From assembly GCF_964355755.1 (NCBI RefSeq), contig NC_092672.1:19357237-19421236 (forward strand): a stretch of 64,000 nt of DNA, written 5' to 3'. How positions within the stretch are numbered: the first letter of the stretch is position 1; the number at the start of each line of letters is the position of its first letter. This stretch comes from Antedon mediterranea (Eukaryota; Animalia; Echinodermata). The notes beneath the pieces were generated by a model. The model saw nothing but the letters and a program-made list of their open reading frames with translations. It did no database searches and was not told the origin of the DNA. A program made the translations under genes and the position numbers. Positions 56,801 to 64,000 of this stretch are shown here, one piece after another.

Positions 56801-59800
56801 AATTTATCTTCTCAGTTGCTCATCATTAACATTTATTTCAGTTGCAGGTTACTTTTGGACTATTAGTAAGCTACATGATTTAGACCAAAAATGATTTATT
56901 TTGTTCAAATTCTTTCAGAGCATGTATTTAATTAGTTTAAATCTAATGGCATGTGTGGTTATTATTTGGCTTATGAAATGATTTTGGCCCAAAAACCCCA
57001 TAAATATTTCATTTCAGCTGATTTCACATCGTGCTTTGGATTAACTTGTCCGGCACCCTGGGAAAAATATCGTGGAAAATGGTTTTAGTGATATTAATGC
57101 ATAAAATCGCACTGAGTGGAAGTAGATTTAGTCCAGTGGCATATTTTTTCCAAGATATGGCCAATAGTAAAGTCATTGACCTTTGAAATATCTAGAATTT
57201 GCATAACTATTATGAAATATATTTATTTAGTCTGTCATAATTTGATTTTTTTTAATGGCCAGGGTTATTTTACCTATTAGTATTATTTAGTTTGGCTTAT
57301 CTTTTGGTTTAGTATGTTCTTGCAAATTATGAAATTAAGCTGAATTTTTACATTTTTTTTAAAAGAGTAGTTGAGGGATTTATCAGAACTAATTATGCTT
57401 ATAACTATAATTGCTAATATTGTTATTTTAAATCACAAACACTTTGATTGTCAGAATGGAAAGTCTGCATCTGATATCTATAATGAAAATGTGCGCAATA
57501 AATACAATGAACAGAAAAAAACAGAAATACTTGCAATTTTGAATGGTAAGTTAAAAAACACATTGTGCCTCAAATAAAAGCATGAACTTCTAAAAATAGA
57601 ATTATTGATCACTTTTTATCCTGTAGTATTTGTAGTCAGTCATATAATCAAACAAATTAAAAAATATGATTTATAAAAAAAAAAAGTAGATTGATTCAAA
57701 TAGCGGCTCATCTCAACTACTGTTGGTACAGTAGTACTGTTGAGACTCACAGCGTTAGGTTTGTTATCTAGCACAAGGCGTACGGTACTTCATGTAATAT
57801 GGTTTCAGTTGTGCATTTTATCCTGTCTTCCATTTCGTGTGCTACTCTGTTATAAATATCTATATGTTGGTCCCAAAGGTAATTTATATGTTTGTCCTTT
57901 ATATCCTACATTATTTGCAATCTGTAATTCTGCACTAAAAAGCTAATATACACATTCATTTTACTTGTTTAGGTGGACCTTTACCTTACATCGAAATGAC
58001 ATCGTCAGGTATGAATATTCTTCAATTTCAATGCCCCACAATAGGGCTATTGTTTCCAAATCTATAAAAAAAGGATTTAAAAAATTTGCGGAACTGGGGT
58101 GGCAAATGATAGAGTAGGTCAAGGGTGATCGATTCATACCAAAATATTCTGAAAAAAATAAGTAGGTCAAGTGTTATAACGTTCGTAAAAGCCAGTTACT
58201 TATTCGTCGTAGAGGGCGTAGACGCAAAAAGGTTCGCGGAACTGGGGTGGCAAATGGTAGAGTAGGTCAAGGGTGATCGATTCATATCAACATATTTTGA
58301 AAAGATTAAGTAGGTCAAGTGTTATAACGTTCGTAAAGCCAGTTACTTATTCACCGTAGAGGGCGTAGACGCAAAAAAGTTCGCGGAACTGCGGTGGCAA
58401 ATGATAAAGTAGGTTAAGTGTGATCGATCCATACCTAAATATTTTGAAAAAATTAAGTAGATCATAACGTTCGTAAAAGCCAGTTACTTATTCGCCGTAG
58501 AGGGCGTAGACGCAAACAAGTTCGCGGAACTGGGGTGGCAAATGGTAGAGTAGGTCAAGGGTGATCGATTCATACCAAAATATTTTGAAAAAATTAAGTA
58601 GGTCAAGTGTTATAACGTTCGTAAAGCCAGTTACTTATTCGCCGTAGAGGGCGTAGACGCAAACAAGTTCGCGGAACTGGGGTGGCAAATGGTAGAGTAG
58701 GTCAAGGGTGATCGATTCATACCAAAATATTCTGAAAAAATTAAGTAGGTCAAGTGTTATAACGTTCGTAAAAGCCAGTAATACTTATTCGCCGTATTGC
58801 AACAACAAGTTGATGCAATAACAACTCAATTAGACAGTTATTACAAATTAAAATCTGTTTTTTTTTATATTATTTGTGACTGTCCCTTTAATTGAATTTG
58901 AATAAGGAACTAGGAACTAGTACCCAACTTCACAGACATGTTAAGCAAAGGTATGGCACTGAGCTCCGCACTCGAACACTGGCGTCAGTGAAACTGGAGA
59001 ATTCTAAGGCTTTAAACTCTCTTACTGTCTTAGAAGAGTCAGTGAAACTGAAGAATTCTAAGGCTTTAAACTCTCTTAGAAGAGTTATGAACTGTGGATG
59101 ATGCGCATGTTTTTCGGTCATCCACATTGGTGGTGAATTTCTTTGCTCTTTCAGTCTTAACTTTTGATAGTAGTTTAGTCGGTTGTCACTTTTCCCTATT
59201 TTGTTAAAATACTTTTTAATCAATAAGGTCAAATTCCTTAATAGAATAGCAGAATAAATAGAAAATCAATAAATTATTATTATATGGTACAGTTTTGACT
59301 CTTTAACACGTAATGATATTATTATTATCATTAATGAATCATATTATTACTATTATTAGAATTGAAAGAGGATGATTACAATGAACTGCTTGTAGAGGTA
59401 TCAGACTGGTGGAAGAAACATGGAAACATTGACATGCTGAAAGTGTTACTTAGCGAGTTCACGAATCGTGATACAACCATTACTTTGAAAAGAATAGAGG
59501 ATGAAAATATACCCTATGATCTGATTAGTTTACTTAAGGGTCCTGGACTTCTCAAACCGGCAGACATTGGGATCCTCATTGAAGCTACTAATATATGCGG
59601 ACTTCAAGGGGTGCAAGACGTGATTGCGAAAATTGTGAAATTACCAAACTTCAAATGCATTCCATTCAAACATTTTTCAGAGCATCGAAGAAAATTGATA
59701 GCGTTTGGTCAGCAATTGAATCCAGAGAACATGGTAACTATTGGCCGCCTTAAAGGCATTAAGGAGGTCAACGAAGACACAGATCCGTTTTTATTAATCT

Positions 59801-62207
59801 TAAAATTGGAAATGAAAGGCACACTTGCAGAAGGAGAGAAGATGGACAAATTCATTAAACTACTTACAGATATGAAGATGACGAAAGAAGTGGAGGCATT
59901 GACAACATTAAAAGGTAAAGCAGTATAAGCTCATTCATAAATACAGCAGAAATAACTTGATATATAGGTCTGTAGTAGAATGGTTTTAGGGAAACAAATT
60001 ATATTATTGATAAAAAATATAATTTTATATTCATCAAAACGGATGTTGTAATACTGTACTAAAATTAGGAAGTGAACAATCAAGAAGTGAAGCTGCACCA
60101 TCAAGCAATACAGAAAGTATGTTTTTTAATTTTTTTTTTTTAAAGTGAATATTCTGTTACTGCAATCTGTAAGTCAACATTGTGTTACAAATTCACTTTG
60201 AGTATTGTACTTATTTAATAGCATTCATATGCGTTTTAAAGATCTAATAAGGTCACAAACTGCATTATATGTAAAAATACTAGGGTCTATAATGTTTCGT
60301 CTTTATTAAACGATATAAATAAATAAGTCGATTCTGATAATTTAAAAGGCCTGCCATGCATACCTGCATGCATCGCACGCAATTTGATATTTTTTAACCT
60401 AATCTATAATTTTAACGCTCTAGTGAATGATTTCAATGCCATTTTGCAACTTGTATTACAGTTTTGTTCTATAAAGTTACCAAAAAGTAACACAAAATGA
60501 ATATCAACGCTGTGGTCTTAGATTCTAGCCATTACTTCAATAATTGAGGAAAAGTGAGGAAAAACGTAGTCAAAATAAAACTACTATTAAAATGCCGTGG
60601 ACGAGACAATTATGAATTTTTAAATGCATATAGGAAATTTAATAAACACGATATGTCTTATAAAATGCTTTACCATGTACAATAGGGACAAAGAATAACT
60701 ATATCTGGCAAAAAAATGTTCAAAAGATTCATGGTTTGTGAAATAATAAGGATTTAAGTGATACTGAATATCTCGTCCGTAACAAAAATGTCCTGAAATG
60801 TTTTTGAATATATTTTCATCAAAATATAAAATTTTCAAAAATTGTGTTAATAATCTAATGATAGACCTCAGGAGAAAATGAAATATCAAGATTTTTGGCA
60901 TCATTAAAATAAATGTAAAAAAACCGCCTAAAACGTCATGGACATTTATGAATTTGAAATGCATGTATGGAATTAATAAACAACAACATTTTAATTAAAT
61001 ACTTGAATTATGTATTATTGAGACATAAAGTAATTATATCTGTTGATAAAACAGTAATAAGATGCATAGTTTATGAAATAAATAGAATTTTAAAATGTCC
61101 TATCCGTGAAATATGGTTTTTTCATATTTAATATTCAATAACTTAGAAACTATATATCAGAAAAATAAAAAAAATGTTATTTAATAAAATAAGTAAATAC
61201 AATTGTTCAACCCACGGACCAAATACTGTGGAATGCCCCATTTGGTAAATTACATTGATTGTGTACTAATTTTAATAAGTTTTATTTTCAAGACTTAACT
61301 CCTGTGGAGATACAGGCTCGAGGACCAGAAGCAGTTAGAGCATTCAATGAAGCTCTGAAAGAAGGGAAAACTGAAGTTAAACAAGGCAGAGTTATTTTTG
61401 TAGGTCTTGAAGGAGTAGGAAAAACTTCTACTATCAATGCTTTGCTAAAGAAAAGGTAAGCAAATCTATTAAAACTGTCAAGTCAAATTAAAAGATAGCA
61501 CACACATACAATTACAATTAAAAGTGATTTTCAAATAAAGTAACAATAAAATACACTTCTCAAAAGAAGTATTTGCACTTTCTTTTAGTTTCATGTTACA
61601 ATATTGTTTAAAGGTTATTATTATTTACATTATATGTAAGATACACTTTACAAAATTATAAACAACTTAACATCTTCAATAGCTGCCAGAAAAATAAAGG
61701 ATCATGTCACTAAATATGTGTGTGCCTCCATCTGAAAACCAGAGTTTTTTCCACTAATGAACTGAATTGTGAACATTACAAACACTGAAAATATAAAAAT
61801 ACCATTTCATTACCATCGCATTTTACCACATTTCCTATTAATATACAAACATTTTTCTGAAGTGTGAAATTGATTGACGAAAGAGTGTAAAACACATTAA
61901 GTCATCGGACATTGATACCAAGAATTCATAAATACCAATTTAATGTAATTTTGCCTTTTCTACAAAAAAAACATATTTTGTGGACTTAACTAATATAATA
62001 TGACGTAGTATAAACAAATACAGTATTCTCTACCAAGAAAGCATTTTTTCTTGTCATTTTTGACATTCGATATTTAATTTTATAATCAACATTTCTTTTA
62101 TAGTTTCAATCCAAATCATGACATAACTGACGCTATAGCAACAACAACGGTGTGCACTCAAGATGATGTCGATGAAACAACATTGAAAGAAGAACTACCA
62201 GACACAT
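5826..62207 (+). CDS. Multi-exon ROCO-like protein: ankyrin repeats + tandem DED-like death-fold domains + Roc GTPase (3' part beyond window). Join 5826-5876,6657-6731,8622-8720,22294-22392,34926-35024,55076-55174,56076-56192,57455-57545,59360-59914,60069-60116,61293-61455,62104-62207
   Basis: The exons join in one open frame (~533 aa) with AG/GT boundaries and compatible phases (0,0,0,0,0,0,0,1,1,1,2,1). Motifs: ankyrin (GxT/SALHxAAxNGH...LLxxGAxVN), P-loop GLEGVGKTS, and a Roc switch-I-like HDITDAI. Linkage of the upstream and downstream exon groups into one transcript is inferred. Confidence 0.8.
6174..6390. repeat. ~71-bp tandem repeat x3
   Basis: aaaatgctgggcaggggcagcttaagcaaaatacatt...gctacccctcata repeated three times. 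Confidence 0.95.
6657..6731 (+). CDS. ROCO-like gene exon ([25 protein letters not shown]), degenerate ankyrin half-repeat
   Basis: tttatttcatag acceptor, CAG|gtatac donor, 75 nt, phase 0-0. Ends in the ankyrin-type VNxQN. Confidence 0.75.
6872..6967. repeat. ~47-bp tandem duplication
   Basis: gtatattgtgtgtttatatcttatcttagctgtatgttagatggttt x2. Confidence 0.9.
8622..8720 (+). CDS. Ankyrin-repeat exon A1 ([33 protein letters not shown])
   Basis: 99 nt, phase 0-0, tag| acceptor and AAA|gtaagt donor. Fits the 33-aa ankyrin consensus. Confidence 0.93.
9228..10935 (-). mobile_element. 5'-truncated Tx1/L1-clade LINE: ORF2 C-terminus (9914-~10933) with zf-RVT zinc knuckle, 3' UTR and A-rich tail
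   Basis: The 317-aa ORF has [25 protein letters not shown]...HLLVEC...LW motifs of the non-LTR ORF2 C-terminus. The frame extends upstream (GGDTIFYCN). The T-rich run at ~9228-9271 is the poly(A) tail on the - strand. Confidence 0.9.
10996..11855. mobile_element. MITE with TIR agggcctgtttctgctga / tcagcagaaaccgaccct and internal aaccgatta repeats
   Basis: Imperfect 18-bp TIR, related to the element at 26353-26947. Confidence 0.7.
12832..13641 (+). mobile_element. Helentron-associated non-autonomous element (HINE/DINE-1-like)
   Basis: T-rich start, subterminal inverted repeat agtcgcgtg/cacgcgact, GTCG/GTCT microsatellite blocks, short 3' stem-loop ggctgttggcc then ttgtt. A related fragment lies at ~29471-29562. 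Confidence 0.75.
14484..15839 (-). mobile_element. Non-autonomous Helitron
   Basis: On the - strand it begins TCTATATAT and ends CTAG, with a subterminal hairpin (gagcgagcgaagcaagctc). It is inserted between A and T with no TSD. The empty site aaagaaa|tgcagagaataa is seen in the paralogous introns at ~24228 and ~36802. Confidence 0.9.
16242..16360. repeat. ~61-bp tandem duplication
   Basis: aaaatgagagcctctgttt.ggctgtacacttttatgtatt.aacagtatagttgtaaaa x2. Confidence 0.9.
17690..18749 (+). mobile_element. Decayed hAT transposon: C-terminal dimerisation domain relic plus 3' end
   Basis: 17790-17970 translates, with a frameshift, to [15 protein letters not shown] / [41 protein letters not shown]-rich subterminal palindromes and terminus ctggctgcgcccctg at 18749. 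Confidence 0.85.
19165..20580 (+). repeat. Segment A, duplicated at ~40993-42425
   Basis: Colinear ~1.4-kb match. ORFs 19852-20037 and 41678-41896 are near-identical. Confidence 0.92.
20967..21585. mobile_element. MITE with CCCGGGGGGG(G)TCACT TIRs and 8-bp TSD (ggcatcag)
   Basis: TIR and TSD visible. The empty site tctggcatcagccaaacc is at ~34210 in copy B'. Confidence 0.93.
22294..22392 (+). CDS. Ankyrin-repeat exon A2 ([33 protein letters not shown])
   Basis: 99 nt, phase 0-0, tag| and AAA|gtaagt. Canonical GWTALHxAAxNGH motif. Confidence 0.95.
23710..23768 (+). pseudogene. Degenerate ankyrin pseudo-exon (LLYIAA / frameshift / [14 protein letters not shown]); duplicate at 36333-36391
   Basis: Two ankyrin half-motifs in adjacent frames, separated by an apparent internal deletion. 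No splice sites. Confidence 0.55.
26353..26947. mobile_element. MITE with ggccctgtttct / agaaacag(a/g)gcc TIRs and 3-bp flanking repeat (tat), PIF/Harbinger-like; copy at 39498-40092
   Basis: TIRs are visible in both duplication copies. Confidence 0.65.
29677..30113 (-). mobile_element. 5S rRNA-headed SINE with degenerate tRNA-like segment and Deu/Nin-type central domain
   Basis: The - strand 30112-30002 reads tacggccatactgcgttgaaacaccggttctcgtcagatcaccgaagttaagcaacgttgggccc...ggatgggagaccgtctagaaatagcgggtgctgta, a 5S-like sequence. It is followed by ggttcgag (B-box-like), ttcagatgggacgtaaagccgttggtccc...cactattcgaaaagagtagggg (Deu-like) and a taa-type tail. Confidence 0.85.
31648..31986. 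mobile_element. MITE with ~25-bp TIR cttataacacaag.atctcctgttc
   Basis: Inverted match gaacaggagattcttgtgttataag at the right end. Confidence 0.8.
32429..33686 (+). mobile_element. 5'-truncated Helitron/Helentron-family element
   Basis: 3' hairpin aactcgtca-aag-tgacgagtt followed by CTAG|T. The internal gcgcgc/aaaattttcaaaat region resembles 13200-13450. Left boundary uncertain. Confidence 0.6.
34926..35024 (+). CDS. Ankyrin-repeat exon A3 ([33 protein letters not shown]), recent duplicate of A2
   Basis: 99 nt, phase 0-0, splice sites intact, 93/99 nt identical to 22294-22392. Confidence 0.93.
37946..38509. mobile_element. PIF/Harbinger-type MITE (TIR tacccctttcacaccaaaa), copy 1
   Basis: 19-bp TIR, tta/tga flanks, absent from the paralog at ~25360. 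Confidence 0.9.
40100..40676. mobile_element. PIF/Harbinger-type MITE (TIR tacccctttcacaccaaaa), copy 2
   Basis: Perfect TIR, TTA TSD, empty site atcttacattaatgg at ~26950. Confidence 0.93.
40993..42425 (+). repeat. Segment A' (paralog of 19165-20580; truncated start of a further duplication unit)
   Basis: Sequence match ends ~42425, well short of where another ankyrin exon would lie. Confidence 0.9.
43060..44250 (-). mobile_element. Decayed DIRS/Ngaro-type tyrosine-recombinase retrotransposon (RT, RNase H and downstream fragments); partial duplicate at 45642-46400
   Basis: Frameshifted - strand translation gives ILVFLDDG (RT), [38 protein letters not shown] and [16 protein letters not shown] (DIRS-type RNase H), then IWGPLTFD and ILEGAKRR. 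Confidence 0.8.
43494..47783 (+). repeat. Head-to-tail tandem duplication of ~2.15 kb (43494-45640 and 45642-47783)
   Basis: Near-identical copies, including an identical 155-aa ORF, a 5-bp indel (ccgta) and a few SNPs. One extra G at the junction. Confidence 0.97.
47714..47830 (-). CDS. Tentative terminal exon of ZDHHC21-like gene ([38 protein letters not shown])
   Basis: tttcatacag acceptor, in frame. SAIE only weakly resembles the TTxE motif of DHHC proteins. Confidence 0.45.
   Translation of the reverse strand, partial: YNNIFMSAIEHWLSSLIINRLRPPKGVLYTVELPSPVL
47714..52156 (-). CDS. ZDHHC21: DHHC palmitoyltransferase, ZDHHC21-like. Join(complement) 52156-51817,51203-51102,50414-50303,49222-49084,48211-48095 and tentatively 47830-47714
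   Basis: Five in-phase GT-AG exons give ...[37 protein letters not shown]...RATTADPGR...[47 protein letters not shown]...YTQVINIAT. This matches the vertebrate ZDHHC21 sequence as I recall it ([24 protein letters not shown]). Confidence 0.9.
48095..48211 (-). CDS. ZDHHC21: ZDHHC21-like exon ([39 protein letters not shown]), TM4
   Basis: 117 nt, phase 0-0, tttttcag| and ACC|gtaagt. Confidence 0.9.
49084..49222 (-). CDS. ZDHHC21: ZDHHC21-like exon ([46 protein letters not shown]), TM3
   Basis: 139 nt, phase 2-0, NNCVGxxN motif, AAG|gtaagt donor. Confidence 0.96.
50303..50414 (-). CDS. ZDHHC21: ZDHHC21-like catalytic exon ([38 protein letters not shown])
   Basis: Complete DHHC cysteine-rich motif, 112 nt, phase 1-2, canonical splice sites. 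Confidence 0.97.
50509..50687. mobile_element. Short MITE (TIR ..tggttcccactag / ctagtgggaacca..) with acgca repeats; decayed copies ~51645-51800 and ~32125-32225
   Basis: Near-palindromic element with TTA/TAA-like flanks, Harbinger-like. Confidence 0.8.
51102..51203 (-). CDS. ZDHHC21: ZDHHC21-like exon ([34 protein letters not shown]), TM2 + DPG motif
   Basis: 102 nt, phase 1-1, ttttccacag| and G|gtaagt. Confidence 0.92.
51330..51438 (+). mobile_element. 3' tail fragment related to the SINE at 29677-30113
   Basis: gcctaatccgaa.ttcctcagttt..agttaa.cttgaggat matches the SINE tail in the opposite orientation. Confidence 0.7.
51470..51626. mobile_element. Short MITE (TIR gctctgtctacactatcaa); decayed inverted copy ~49587-49744
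   Basis: Perfect 19-bp TIR with internal cccaaatatggtagt repeats. Confidence 0.85.
51817..52156 (-). CDS. ZDHHC21: ZDHHC21-like first coding exon (N-terminus, TM1)
   Basis: First 113 codons of ORF 51785-52156, G|gtaagt donor at 51816, upstream acceptor near 52197. Confidence 0.88.
53795..54617. repeat. ~400-420-bp tandem duplication
   Basis: gatgggatcagattgttttt...gtctaccaaatcatgg x2. Confidence 0.93.
55076..55174 (+). CDS. Ankyrin-repeat exon A4 ([33 protein letters not shown])
   Basis: 99 nt, phase 0-0, ttttttttag acceptor, AAA|gtaagt donor. Shares the unusual TACC motif with A2/A3. Confidence 0.93.
56076..56192 (+). CDS. Ankyrin-like exon A5 ([39 protein letters not shown])
   Basis: ttttttcaag acceptor, AAG|gttagt donor, 117 nt, phase 0-0. 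GDNALH motif. Confidence 0.88.
57455..57545 (+). CDS. Ankyrin C-cap exon ([30 protein letters not shown])
   Basis: tgtcag acceptor, G|gtaagt donor, phase 0-1. GKSAxD and EIxxIL are typical of a terminal ankyrin repeat. Confidence 0.85.
58086..58796. repeat. ~147-bp tandem repeat, ~5 copies
   Basis: Unit gcggaactggggtggcaaatggtagagtaggtcaagggtgatcgattcatacc...gtagagggcgtagacgc, followed by a hairpin tattgcaac..gttgatgcaata. Confidence 0.95.
58984..59079. repeat. Short tandem duplication, 54-bp period
   Basis: gtcagtgaaactg.agaattctaaggctttaaactctctta x2. Confidence 0.85.
59360..59914 (+). CDS. Exon encoding tandem death-effector-domain-like (death-fold) pair
   Basis: 555-nt phase 1-1 exon matching the 188-aa ORF. 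Two helical ~85-aa units ([12 protein letters not shown]...[21 protein letters not shown]; [15 protein letters not shown]...[13 protein letters not shown]) show a DED-like pattern. Family assignment is by eye. Confidence 0.8.
60069..60116 (+). CDS. Short linker exon ([16 protein letters not shown])
   Basis: 48 nt, phase 1-1, ttag| and A|gtatgt, S/E/P-rich. The polypyrimidine tract is weak, and the exon is skippable without frameshift. Confidence 0.6.
61293..61455 (+). CDS. Roc GTPase N-terminal exon with P-loop ([53 protein letters not shown])
   Basis: Phase 1-2, ttttcaag| and AG|gtaagc. Walker A GxxGxGKTS preceded by the PxEIxARG..A...Y/FxxALxEG segment typical of ROCO proteins. Confidence 0.9.
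62104..62207 (+). CDS. Roc GTPase exon with switch-I-like motif ([35 protein letters not shown])
   Basis: Phase 2-1, ttctttttatag| and T|gtaagt. FxxxxxxTDxI resembles the Roc STxGI motif. Confidence 0.8.
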
Positions 62208-62389
62208 GTAAGTATTAAGATGCGTGAAATAATGGTTCATAGATGTTAAAAAAATTGTTTGTAGTACATATAATTCCAAGTATACTGTCAAAACCAACCA
62301 ACATTTATTGACACAAGTATGCAAATATTTTTTTTGTGACAAACCCATATTTTTCTGGCTTCAGTAAACTCATTATTTATAAAATATAA

Positions 62390-62552
62390 TAGAGAGCTTT
62401 CGCTATCTCGGATCGGGAACGAGAACCAGCTCCTGTATCTCGGGCTACGAGCATTAGTTAATTAAAATTTCACATAAACTAATGACGTCATACACAAAAA
62501 ACCCTTACTTTCTCGGCGGCTCGTTCCCGATCGAGATAGCGAAAGCTCTCTA
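62390..62552. mobile_element. Short MITE with TAG...CTA termini and 4-bp TSD (ataa), Academ-like
   Basis: TIR tagagagctttcgctatctcg(g)atcgggaacgag, with ataa on both sides. The superfamily is inferred from termini only. Confidence 0.8.
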
Positions 62553-64000
62553 ATAACTAATTTTACAAGATTTAAAAAAATACATTAACCTTCATATATA
62601 TGTCACAAATACAGAAAAGGGTAAGCAGGCCAGTGTATTGCATAATCAGTGATTATTCTATTATTTATGCTGTAATGGTAAACAAAAGGAAAATGTTAAT
62701 AACCATAGATATAAAACAAGTAAAAACTACAAAAACTTTGATGAAACTAAATTTTAAACTAAATCTAAACTGCTTTTCTGTACACACATTTACAATTTAT
62801 AGCTAAGGAAAAAATTACAAGAGTAGAAAAATACGAGAGTGCAGAAGGAGGCCAAAATAAGTTTGTAGACAAATCTATATATAAATTTACGTAAGGGCAA
62901 AATTCGGTAAATCGCGCCTTACTTCTAGAATGTTTACTCGATGGTATATACAGTTGGTTCGTACTTTCGGTACTGATTTTAACCACCTGATGTAACCCTG
63001 TTTACTAATTAAATTAAGTTAGATAATTAGTTATTGACGATTAAAACGAATTTAGGTTCAAAGATTTGCCCCAAATAGGGGTGTTTTCCGATCGTGGTAT
63101 ACACTGTCTAATGGATGTCCATCTTGAAAAATACCCGCCACAAAAATGCGAGGAGGCTTCGCATTTTCCTATCTCCTCCTACGATAATTGTTTTTAATAG
63201 CTGAAAACCGGTTGAACAGCTAGAGTACACCATCATGATGTTGAAGACAGGCCGATTTTCTTTAAAAAATACTATTTTGATAGATTTAATATACGATTAT
63301 ACAAATGTATTGATTTGCGATGAATGGAACATCCCAATCTCTCAGTCTGCCAAAGTTTGGTTTAACACAAGTAGGTAAATTTATGAGCCCTTGGTTTAAC
63401 ACATACGGTAGGTAAATATATGGGCCCTTTGAGAATAAACTTGCAAAACTTTGACAATACTGTAAATACCTATTATAGATTAGATTAGATGTAATATAAA
63501 AATATATACAAATAAACTTTATTACTGACATTGTGGACAGGCTCTACAGTTAGATATATAAACACATTATTATATACAAATAAACTTTATACTGACTGTT
63601 CCTTCTCAACGTTTGTATTAATTAATAATTACCAATAATATAAACGTTGTAGTAGTGTATCGTGACATGTACTTTAATATTTCAATCGATTATGACAGTG
63701 ACAGTTTAACAAAGTATTAAATCGCAAATGTTTTACTGTATTTAGAGGTATATTATTTATAGAATATAGGCCTATACAACATGAAAAAAATATTTCGTTA
63801 CTGAGTGGATAAAGAATATATTGAAAAAATGTTCCTCTTTGTACCTATCCGCTTTCCCATCCCTCAACCCTAATGTTACATACAAAACACAAATTGGGTT
63901 TCTTTAAATGAGTCCAAATAAAAAATTTGGACTCATTTTGTGATAAGTTTCTCCTTCGGAAGTAATTCCCAGGGTGCTAATTTTAGTTGACTACATAAAT

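Overview
AT-rich, intron-rich animal genomic DNA, probably a marine invertebrate (inference from composition and repeat content). There is no prokaryotic gene structure and no CRISPR array. Most ORFs in the supplied track are spurious, so genes were rebuilt by hand from GT-AG splice sites and reading phase. (1) A + strand gene of at least 11 coding exons (5826-62207, continuing past the window) encodes ankyrin repeats, a tandem death-effector-like domain and the start of a Roc-type GTPase, i.e. a ROCO-like protein. Four ankyrin repeats are each a separate 99-nt phase-0 exon. Two of these come from a recent ~7-kb exon+intron duplication and differ only by non-synonymous changes, mostly at ligand-contact positions, while the flanking intron is almost identical. 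(2) A ZDHHC21-like palmitoyltransferase gene lies on the - strand (~47714-52156), apparently nested in one intron of that gene. (3) The introns hold many mobile elements: a Tx1/L1-type LINE 3' end, Helitron/Helentron derivatives, a hAT relic, a DIRS-type relic, several MITEs, and a 5S-rRNA-headed Deu-domain SINE flanked by a 154-bp direct repeat. Several minisatellites and local duplications are also present.
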